Virus genome (UHGV): UHGV-0123226
DNA from: a virus
Strand: one strand, 5' to 3'
Length of the DNA: 64,000 nt
Shown here: positions 56,701-64,000 of the stretch, piece after piece
Layout of the letters: every line of letters begins with the position of its first letter
Position numbering within the stretch: the stretch's first letter is position 1
Program-made: the position numbers and the translations under genes
The notes under the pieces: generated by a model
Seen by the model: only the letters and a program-made list of their open reading frames with translations
What the model was told of the DNA's origin: nothing
Database searches by the model: none

Positions 56701-58065
56701 ATGAACAAAGAATTATTGCGTCAATTACAAGCTCGTCACGAGAAACGATTAAGTGATTTACAAGGCAAAATTGAATCTGGAGAAGTGCGTGAAGCAGATT
56801 TAGATTCAGTTAATGAAGAAATTGATGGTTTAATCGATGAATTAAAAGCCATTAAAGCTGAATTAGGGGATGATAATTCAGAATCTGGTGACGGTAAAGG
56901 CGATGATGGAACCGCTAAATCCGATAATAATGATGATGAAAATAAAGAAGATCGTGAAAAAGATACGAACGAAAATAACAATGATAAAAACGAAGAAAAT
57001 CGTGGCGGCATGATTAGTCAAGAACAGCGTGATGGCTTGTTACGCACAATTCATGAAGGAATGGAGGCTAGAAATGCGATGTCTAATGAACAACGTGAAA
57101 AACAAATTCGTAAAGCATTTGCTGATTTTGTTATTGGTAATATTTCAGAAAGTGAAGCACGTTCATTAGGTATTGAAACAGGCAATGGTTCAGTGACAGT
57201 ACCAGAAGTGATTGCATCCGAAGTGATTTCTTATGCTCAAGAAGAAAACTTATTGCGTAAATACGGAACGGTGATTCGCACGGCTGGCGATGTGAAGTAT
57301 CCAATTCTTGTGAAAAAAGCAGAGGCTAATGTAAACAAAAAAGAACGTACGACAGATATTGCTGAAACAGCGATTCAATTTGACGAAATTTTACTTGATC
57401 CAGCAGAATTTGATGCATTGGCAACTGTAACGAAAAAACTATTAAAAATGTCTGGTGTGCCAGTAGAAGATATTGTTGTAGAAGAATTGAAAAAAGCATA
57501 TGTTCGCAAAGAAATTAATTATATGTTTAATGGCGACGATGCAGGAAATGAAAACCCAGGAGCTTTAGCTAAAAAAGCTGTTGCATTTGAAAAACCTGTA
57601 GATTTAACAGCTGCAGGTGCTGGTCAAAAATTATATGATGCATTGATTGAATTTAAAAATACACCAGTAACAGAAGTAATGAAAAAAGGTCGTTTTATTA
57701 TTAATCGTGCAGCTTTAACTGCTATTGAAAAAATGAAAACAGATGATGGATTCCCATTGTTACGACCATTCACGCAAGCAGAAGGTGGTATTGGTTATCA
57801 ATTAGTTGGTTATCCAGTTGATTGGACCGATGCAGCAGATAAAAAAGGTGAACCAGATACACCAGTATTATATTTTGGTGATTTTTCTGCTTTCAAAATT
57901 CAAGAAGTTATTGGAGCGTTAGAAATTCAAAAATTGGTTGAAAAATTCTCTGGAAAAAATCAAGTTGGGTTCCAAATTTACAACTTGTTAGATGGCCAAT
58001 TAGTTTACTCACCATTCGAGCCAGCTGTTTATCGTTATGAAATTACAAAACCAGTAGGTGGTTAA
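56701..58065 (+). CDS. major capsid protein (HK97 fold) with N-terminal scaffolding delta-domain and an acidic low-complexity insert
   Basis: 454 aa; coiled-coil N-terminus, D/N/E-rich low-complexity region (about aa 55-100), conserved C-terminal capsid domain. Confidence 0.8.
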   Translation: MNKELLRQLQARHEKRLSDLQGKIESGEVREADLDSVNEEIDGLIDELKAIKAELGDDNSESGDGKGDDGTAKSDNNDDENKEDREKDTNENNNDKNEENRGGMISQEQRDGLLRTIHEGMEARNAMSNEQREKQIRKAFADFVIGNISESEARSLGIETGNGSVTVPEVIASEVISYAQEENLLRKYGTVIRTAGDVKYPILVKKAEANVNKKERTTDIAETAIQFDEILLDPAEFDALATVTKKLLKMSGVPVEDIVVEELKKAYVRKEINYMFNGDDAGNENPGALAKKAVAFEKPVDLTAAGAGQKLYDALIEFKNTPVTEVMKKGRFIINRAALTAIEKMKTDDGFPLLRPFTQAEGGIGYQLVGYPVDWTDAADKKGEPDTPVLYFGDFSAFKIQEVIGALEIQKLVEKFSGKNQVGFQIYNLLDGQLVYSPFEPAVYRYEITKPVGG

Positions 58066-58348
58066 TGTGAATAACGAAGCTGAAACATTATCTTTAGAAG
58101 AAAAATTCAAAGCACATATTCATTTTGAAGAGGGGATGGATGATTCCATGCTCTCTTTTTATTTAAATATGGCAAAAAATTATGTAAAAACTGCAACTGG
58201 AGGGCAAGAAGAATATTTAATTTTGATGGTTGCTGGTATTGCTTATGAATATCGTGTTTCAGAAGATGAATTAGATAAGGCGTTGAATGCGATCACGCCA
58301 TTTATCATCCAAGGAGTGATTCAACATGCCGAAGAGGCAGACGAATAG
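58058..58348 (+). CDS. head-tail connector (gp6-like)
   Basis: 96 aa; position. Confidence 0.55.
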   Translation: MVNVNNEAETLSLEEKFKAHIHFEEGMDDSMLSFYLNMAKNYVKTATGGQEEYLILMVAGIAYEYRVSEDELDKALNAITPFIIQGVIQHAEEADE

Positions 58349-58652
58349 GTTTCGTTGGAAAGCAGACTTACTAAATGTAAAAGAAGAAACAGATTCGAAC
58401 GATAAAGTAGTTACAACCTATAAACTTAACAGGCTTTTATGGTACGAAGATATTGGAGTAACTGCACAAGAAAAATATCTTTCACAGCAAGCCAAAACAG
58501 ACGTTGTCAGACGGATTAAAGTGAGATTGGATAAATCTATCACAGAAAAGTTTAGCGCTGTTAGAATCGATTCTGTGACCTATAAAATCACTCGTATTTA
58601 CACAAATATGGATAAACGAGAAATGGAGTTGAGTTTGGCTTATGTTGACTGA
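58326..58652 (+). CDS. head-tail adaptor / head closure
   Basis: 108 aa; position. Confidence 0.5.
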   Translation: MPKRQTNRFRWKADLLNVKEETDSNDKVVTTYKLNRLLWYEDIGVTAQEKYLSQQAKTDVVRRIKVRLDKSITEKFSAVRIDSVTYKITRIYTNMDKREMELSLAYVD

Positions 58653-58974
58653 TTTTGAAACATTCAGAAAATCATTAATTGATTCAGGTTATAAATTCTT
58701 TCGTGATAAAGCACCGAGTGAAACAGCTTATCCATACCTAGTTTATTCCTATTTTGCTGAGAATCAAAAGTGGGCTTCTAATACGTTTATCGCTACTAAA
58801 GCATTGTATCAAGTGTCGCTTTTTACCGATGGTACCGAAAAAGATTTGAAACCATTAAAAAACAGTTTTAAGTTAAACGGTGTTCATTTCAATGGATTTA
58901 GTTCAATTCAAGGTGATGAGAATGACGATACCATTACTAATTTTTACACTGAGGTGTCGGTGTATGGAGAATAA
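58642..58974 (+). CDS. HK97 gp10-like protein
   Basis: 110 aa; position. Confidence 0.5.
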   Translation: MLTDFETFRKSLIDSGYKFFRDKAPSETAYPYLVYSYFAENQKWASNTFIATKALYQVSLFTDGTEKDLKPLKNSFKLNGVHFNGFSSIQGDENDDTITNFYTEVSVYGE

Positions 58975-59320
58975 CGGTTTTTCGGATATGAGTGATTATT
59001 TAGGAAATATAGCCAAAGTGACAGAAGAAGTAACACAACAATCATTAGAAGAAGCTGCAACGTTTTATTTAAATAAACTTCTACCAAAAGTTCCCAAATC
59101 ACTTTTAAAGAAAGAACATATGCGGGACCACATAAAAATCGAAATGACAACCGAAGGCGTGGAAGTTTTCTTTGAAAACACAAAATTTTATTGGCGCTTT
59201 GCAGAAAACGGAACGACAAAACAACGAGCGCAAAATTTTGCAAGTGGTACTTTTGAACAATACAAAAATCAAATTGAGTCAATCATGACTAAAAAAATTA
59301 TGAATGAATTGAAAGGGTGA
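58964..59320 (+). CDS. tail completion protein (start at the internal Met of ORF 58880-59320)
   Basis: MENNGFSDMSDYLG... start overlaps the upstream stop (tATGgagaaTAA). Confidence 0.45.
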   Translation: MENNGFSDMSDYLGNIAKVTEEVTQQSLEEAATFYLNKLLPKVPKSLLKKEHMRDHIKIEMTTEGVEVFFENTKFYWRFAENGTTKQRAQNFASGTFEQYKNQIESIMTKKIMNELKG

Positions 59321-59970
59321 ATAGTGTGGCAACTATTGAAAACAAAGATAAACAATTATTGTATCCAATCGGCGTAGATGACTTATTCATTGCGATGTGG
59401 ACACAGCCAGAAACTGTAACATCAGCACCAGTATTTGATACTGAAATTTGGCGGTTACCAAATATTGTAAAACTAGGAATTAAAGGGAACGGAACCACTA
59501 AGGAAAAATGGGCATCAAACAAATTGTTCACTCGCGTGAGTCGTGAAACGCAACATGAATTGTCGTTGACACACGTGTCATTCCCAGTTGCTCTGTGGGA
59601 TCAAATGAAAGGCATGGCCAGCAAAAATGGTGTTGCCTTTTCAAAATCGACACCGAAAGAGATGCCCTACTTTGCATTAGGTGCGATTGGCCCATTATCC
59701 AATGGTGAAAAGAGCGCCTTTTGGTATCCGAAGGTGCAAATTTCAATTGCAACAGAACATGAGCTAGAGACGACAACGGAAGATATTGACGTGAAAGATA
59801 TCTCATTAACAATGACTGCAACTGGTCTTTTAATGAATGATGTTATTAAATCTGATTATAATTCTGTTCGTTCTACAGTTACCGATATGACGGTTGAAAA
59901 ATTCATGAGTGAAGTCATCTATGACGAAGCACAACTTGAAACGGCACCACCAACAGGAGGAACTGAATAA
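59317..59970 (+). CDS. major tail protein
   Basis: 217 aa, GTG start; upstream of chaperone and TMP. Confidence 0.7.
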   Translation: MNSVATIENKDKQLLYPIGVDDLFIAMWTQPETVTSAPVFDTEIWRLPNIVKLGIKGNGTTKEKWASNKLFTRVSRETQHELSLTHVSFPVALWDQMKGMASKNGVAFSKSTPKEMPYFALGAIGPLSNGEKSAFWYPKVQISIATEHELETTTEDIDVKDISLTMTATGLLMNDVIKSDYNSVRSTVTDMTVEKFMSEVIYDEAQLETAPPTGGTE

Positions 59971-60398
59971 TGGCGAAGTTACGTGATTTAGTAAATGTTG
60001 ATGTTAATGTTGATTATATTGATATTCAAGGCGAAAAAATCCCAATCATGTTTTCAATGAGTGCGCTGGATTTTATTCAGGAAGCTTATGGAAAACCATA
60101 CCCTGTTTTTGAACGTGATCTAAACAATATGTTGAAGCAAGGAAAAGTGCTGTTAACAGGTAATGAACTAAAACTTATTCGTTCGTTAATGTATGGAATG
60201 GTAAGAGCAGGAGGTACTGAATGCACGATTAAAGAATTGGAAGGGGCCATTGCAATCAATGAAATTGTCAGTGCTTATGAAACAGTAATGGGTGTTTTCA
60301 TGAATGGAAACTTTCAGCAAAAAGATTTAGAAACGGTAAAAAAGCAACCGAAAAATCGAAACAACCACAACCGAAATCACAAGAAACGGAAGAATTAG
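59970..60398 (+). CDS. tail assembly chaperone (gpG-like); downstream alternative-frame ORF to about 60589 is consistent with a gpGT frameshift product
   Basis: 142 aa; ATG overlapping the MTP stop; about 190 nt of open alternative frame before the TMP start. Confidence 0.6.
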   Translation: MAKLRDLVNVDVNVDYIDIQGEKIPIMFSMSALDFIQEAYGKPYPVFERDLNNMLKQGKVLLTGNELKLIRSLMYGMVRAGGTECTIKELEGAIAINEIVSAYETVMGVFMNGNFQQKDLETVKKQPKNRNNHNRNHKKRKN

Positions 60399-60607
60399 AA
60401 GTACCTTGGGATTTTTATTTAAATGTAGCAATGGACTTGTTTGGTTGGGATGTAAATTTTTTTATGAACTGTACGCCAAATTTTTGGTTAAAGCAGTTCA
60501 TTTTTTATTTGCGTAGAAATAATCCTGATGCGTTCGAGTTTGAACAGAATGATAGGATTTATACGATGGATCAAACACCATTTTTTAATTAGAAAGTAGG
60601 TGAGAAT

Positions 60608-62962
60608 TTGGCAAAGCATGAATCAGATGTTGTTTTACGATTTAAAATGGATGGACAGGTACAATATGCACAAACTATAAAAGAAATTAATCAAGTGATG
60701 AATACCGCAGCAAAAGAGTACAAGGCTCATATTTCAGCATTAGGGAATGATGCTACTGCAACCCAAAAATTAGTAGCTCAACAAAAAAAGCTACAAGTGC
60801 AAACAGAAGCAGCTGAAAAACGTACAAAAATGTTACGAAAAGAGTATGAGGAATCGGTAAAAGCAACTGGTGAAAATTCAAAAGAAAGTAAAAAATTATA
60901 TGATCGTTTGCTACAAGCCGAAACTGCCGAAAATAATTTAAAAAATGCGTTGGACAAAACCAATAAGGAACTTAAAGAGCAAGAAAAAGCTTCAAAATTT
61001 GCTGCAGATAATATAAAAAAAATAGGCGAAGCTGGCGAAAAAATTAAAGGAGTAGGTACTAAAATAACTGCAGGTGTGACAGTACCTATCATGGCAATAG
61101 GTGGTTTTGCTACTAAGCAAGCAATAGAAGTAGAAACACAATTTGCTAAAGTTTCTACTCTTTTAGATTCAAGTCAAGTTGATTTTCAAAAATATAAAAA
61201 TGAAATTGCAAAAACTGCAACAGAAATGGGTGTGTCCTTTGAAGAATATTCTGAATCAGTTTATTCAGCTATATCAGCATCAGTTGATCAAGCTGATGCT
61301 GTTAATTTTGTGGGTGATGCAGTTAAATTGGCTAAGGGTGGTTTTACTGAAACTGCAACTGCGGTAGATTTATTAACAACAACGATTAATGCATATAATT
61401 TAAAAGCTACTGATGCAGGAAAAATTTCGGATTATTTAATTTCTACTCAAAATTTAGGTAAAACAACTGTAAATGAGTTAGCTTCATCTATGGGGAAAGT
61501 AATTCCAATAGCTAATGCTAATAATGTAGGGATGAATGAATTATCAACTGCTTATGCTGTTATGACAAAAAATGGTATTGCTACAGCAGAAACTGGAACT
61601 ATGGTAAAAGCCATGTTAAATGAGTTAGGAAAAACTGGTAGTCAAGCTGATAAAGCTTTGAAAGAGATTGCAGGAAAATCATTTAAACAATTAATGGATG
61701 AAGGGAATAATTTATCTGATGTTCTTAATTTGATGAATGAACATGCTCATAAGAATGGTTTAGCATTAAATGATATGTTTGGATCTGTTGAAGCAGGAAC
61801 TGCAGCACTAACACTTTCAAAAGGTGAGGGTTCTGAATACAATGAAATTTTAAAACAAATTAATGATTCAGCAGGTGCTACTCAAGAAGCTTTTGATAAA
61901 ATGGATGATACACCAGCACGAAAAATGGAAAAGGCGCAACTAAGAATTGCTGATGCAATGCGACAAGTTGGGGAAGTTGTGATACCTATAGTAGCTGATA
62001 TTGCAGAAAAAGTTTCTCAATTTGTAACTGCATTTTCAAATTGGTTTGGTTCATTAGATGAAGGTTCAAAACAAACAATATTAATGATAGCTGGTGTTGT
62101 TGCTGCTATCGGTCCAGTATTAGTAGTTTTAGGAACACTTGCTAGTTCCATTAGTAGTTTGATTCCAGTTATTGCTTTTATTGCGTCGCCAATTGGTTTA
62201 GTAATTGCGGCGGTTGCCGCTTGGGTAGCTGCAATCGTAGTTGCATATAATAAAATCGGTTGGTTTAGGGATTTTATCAATACCTCCTTTAAAGTAATTA
62301 AAGATATTGTGGTTGGGGTATTCAATGTTTTGAAAGATACGACAAAATCTACTTTTGATTTCATCACAGGCTTTATTGGTGGCGCCATGGATGGGGCTGC
62401 AAAAATTATTGGCGATTACGTAAATGCAATTAAGCGTATTTTTGGCGGTATCGTTGATTTTGTAACGGGAGTATTTACTGGAGACTGGTCAAGAGCGTGG
62501 CAAGGTGTTGTTGATATTTTTGGTGGTATTTTTGAAGGTATCGCTGCAGTAGCTAAAGCTCCAATCAATGCCATGATTACGTTAATCAATGGATTTATTG
62601 GTGGATTAAACAATATAAAAATACCTAAATGGGTGCCAGGAATTGGCGGTAAAGGATTTCATATTGGAAAAATTCCTTATTTAGCAGAAGGTGGAACGAT
62701 TCTAAATGGTCAAGCCATTGTTGGTGAAGCTGGTCCTGAACTATTAACCGCTAAAAACGGCAAGACAACAGTAACTCCATTGTCACCAGAAGAAAAAGCT
62801 CGTGGAATTGGTGGTGCTTTGAAAGGTGGCAACACTATTGAGCAACATGTTCATATTGGCCAAGTAGATGCAAATAATCCGAGTGAGTTAGATCGAATGA
62901 ATCGCAAGCTTTATAAAGCAAGTGCGCAAGCTTTCTATGACTTAGGAGGTGTTCCAACGTGA
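60608..62962 (+). CDS. tail tape measure protein
   Basis: 784 aa, TTG start; TMP N-terminal domain, hydrophobic central segment. Confidence 0.9.
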   Translation: MAKHESDVVLRFKMDGQVQYAQTIKEINQVMNTAAKEYKAHISALGNDATATQKLVAQQKKLQVQTEAAEKRTKMLRKEYEESVKATGENSKESKKLYDRLLQAETAENNLKNALDKTNKELKEQEKASKFAADNIKKIGEAGEKIKGVGTKITAGVTVPIMAIGGFATKQAIEVETQFAKVSTLLDSSQVDFQKYKNEIAKTATEMGVSFEEYSESVYSAISASVDQADAVNFVGDAVKLAKGGFTETATAVDLLTTTINAYNLKATDAGKISDYLISTQNLGKTTVNELASSMGKVIPIANANNVGMNELSTAYAVMTKNGIATAETGTMVKAMLNELGKTGSQADKALKEIAGKSFKQLMDEGNNLSDVLNLMNEHAHKNGLALNDMFGSVEAGTAALTLSKGEGSEYNEILKQINDSAGATQEAFDKMDDTPARKMEKAQLRIADAMRQVGEVVIPIVADIAEKVSQFVTAFSNWFGSLDEGSKQTILMIAGVVAAIGPVLVVLGTLASSISSLIPVIAFIASPIGLVIAAVAAWVAAIVVAYNKIGWFRDFINTSFKVIKDIVVGVFNVLKDTTKSTFDFITGFIGGAMDGAAKIIGDYVNAIKRIFGGIVDFVTGVFTGDWSRAWQGVVDIFGGIFEGIAAVAKAPINAMITLINGFIGGLNNIKIPKWVPGIGGKGFHIGKIPYLAEGGTILNGQAIVGEAGPELLTAKNGKTTVTPLSPEEKARGIGGALKGGNTIEQHVHIGQVDANNPSELDRMNRKLYKASAQAFYDLGGVPT

Positions 62963-63672
62963 TTTTTATGAATCCTGATGAACCCAATTTCATTTGGAAA
63001 GATTTGAATGCAGTTCGTGATATGGGGTGTATTATCGAAAATGAGCTGTCAGAGGTTTTACCAAATAAACGATATGAAACGTATTCGATTATCGGAAGAA
63101 GTGGTGAATTTAATGAAACGTTCAATGATTATGAATCCTTTGATTATGAAATTGAAGATGTAACTATTCCATATGAAAATTTAGCGGCAGCCAAAAGATG
63201 GTTAACTGGTAAAAGTAAACTTATTACTCACAATGATGAAGATAAATATTTAGATGCTATTTGTACAATGAGTAAACCAAGTTCATTCAAAAATGAATGG
63301 GGTGTTTTTTATACCTTTAACATTGAATTTAGATGTCAACCGTTTAAAAGAAAAGTAAACGAACAACCAAAAGTGATTAAAACAAAATCAATTGAAATTA
63401 CTGATCACGGTGATGAAAATGCTTTTCCTTATATCGAAATTAATTCAAAAGGTGGCGATATTACGTTAAATATTGGTAGTAACTCACTAACGATTTTGCG
63501 TACACAATCAGGAATCGTCACTATTGATAACGAAAAAGGAAAAGTAATACAAGAAGGGCTACCATTGTTTACTCGTGGTAGTTGGATAAAAACGAATCCT
63601 GGTCAAAATACATTAAATATATCAGGAAATTTCACAGAAGCTAAGTTTTGGAATAGGAGCGCGTATTTATGA
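62959..63672 (+). CDS. distal tail protein (Dit)
   Basis: 237 aa after the TMP. Confidence 0.65.
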   Translation: MIFMNPDEPNFIWKDLNAVRDMGCIIENELSEVLPNKRYETYSIIGRSGEFNETFNDYESFDYEIEDVTIPYENLAAAKRWLTGKSKLITHNDEDKYLDAICTMSKPSSFKNEWGVFYTFNIEFRCQPFKRKVNEQPKVIKTKSIEITDHGDENAFPYIEINSKGGDITLNIGSNSLTILRTQSGIVTIDNEKGKVIQEGLPLFTRGSWIKTNPGQNTLNISGNFTEAKFWNRSAYL

Positions 63673-64000
63673 CACAAAATTTTATTTATGCATATACGGC
63701 TATTCCTGAAAATTTAAATGATAACGGAATGGCTTTGCCAGATTGGCAAGATTTACCAGAAATTAACCGTGTGTTAAATGGTGCGTATCGATTCTATGGT
63801 AACTATGCAAGAGATGGCCAATATCGCTCGTACTTAAAAAAGGGAAACTTTTTAAAGGCACAAGTTGAAGATGGGTCATATCAATATTTTGAGATTTACA
63901 ATATTAAAAAAAATCTGCAGTCAGTTTCAGTGACAGCAAGACACATTGGTTTTATGGCAAATAAGAATTTCATTATTAATTCATTTACTGCCAACGGAAA
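63669..64000 (+). CDS. tail-associated lysin/endopeptidase (Tal), 5' part; continues past the window
   Basis: ATG at 63669 overlapping the Dit stop; ORF open to the window end. Confidence 0.5.
   Translation, partial: MTQNFIYAYTAIPENLNDNGMALPDWQDLPEINRVLNGAYRFYGNYARDGQYRSYLKKGNFLKAQVEDGSYQYFEIYNIKKNLQSVSVTARHIGFMANKNFIINSFTANG

Larger units (their letters stand above)
36000..64000. mobile_element. Prophage B: second siphovirus-type temperate phage (int to tail genes; continues past the window end)
   Basis: Second complete set of int, switch, replication, HNH-TerS-TerL-portal-protease-capsid-tail genes. Confidence 0.8.

Noticed and set aside
56736-57011. Minus-strand Ser/Pro-rich ORF within the phage B capsid gene
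   Set aside because: Shadow ORF opposite the low-complexity acidic region of the capsid gene.
62017-63125. Minus-strand ORFs within the phage B TMP and Dit genes
   Set aside because: Antisense to well-supported structural genes; hydrophobic shadow translations.

Overview
The window is AT-rich (about 33-36% GC) and looks like a low-GC Firmicutes (Enterococcus/Listeria-like) chromosome. It carries two complete, co-oriented tailed prophages in tandem, starting just downstream of the 3' portion of a tRNA with a CAT anticodon (positions 1-48).

Prophage A (about 700-35830) has a tyrosine integrase followed by an ImmA/XRE repressor module and a Cro-like/Rha early region. Its recombination and replication module includes a Gp157-like protein, a Sak4-type ATPase, a replication initiator with internal iterons, and an SSB. 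An orphan methyltransferase, YopX and ArpU follow. The packaging and morphogenesis genes are TerS (with an embedded HNH domain), TerL, an SPP1-like portal, minor head protein, scaffold, major capsid protein, major tail protein, tail chaperone with frameshift, tape measure, Dit, Tal and RBP. The lysis module is XhlA-like/holin plus a secreted GH25-LysM endolysin, and the element ends with an AT-rich polytopic membrane protein moron.

Prophage B (about 36000 to beyond 64000) has an integrase, then an XRE-ImmA operon that ends in a HIRAN-TM2 fusion protein. Its replication region carries VRR-NUC/SNF2, YqaJ exonuclease, an AAA_24 ATPase, DUF669, and a frameshifted SPFH protein with a small membrane partner. 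A compact protein with PolB-like motifs and a PrimPol-D5 primase-helicase follow, then an iteron cluster, a sigma-region-4-like late activator and a free-standing HNH. The structural module is P27 TerS, TerL, portal, HK97 protease and capsid, tail genes and tape measure; the window ends inside Tal.

The strongest candidate for a new system is a virion glycosylation module in prophage A. The major capsid and major tail proteins both end in near-identical Thr-rich tails (TTTTTT[KR]PTTTTTTTQG), and a DxD-motif glycosyltransferase-like gene sits between the tail tube and chaperone genes. Prophage A also shows signs of host Prp-dependent head maturation: L27-like LQFFAA motifs on scaffold and capsid, and no prohead protease gene.

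Other notable points are the HNH domain inserted in-frame into TerS, three hairpins with a conserved TTTCCGC loop upstream of arpU, a 780-bp GC-enriched non-coding region containing a tRNA-like 3' half, the HIRAN-TM2 candidate defence gene, the mini PolB-like protein, and the GTCCCTACTTT iteron cluster.
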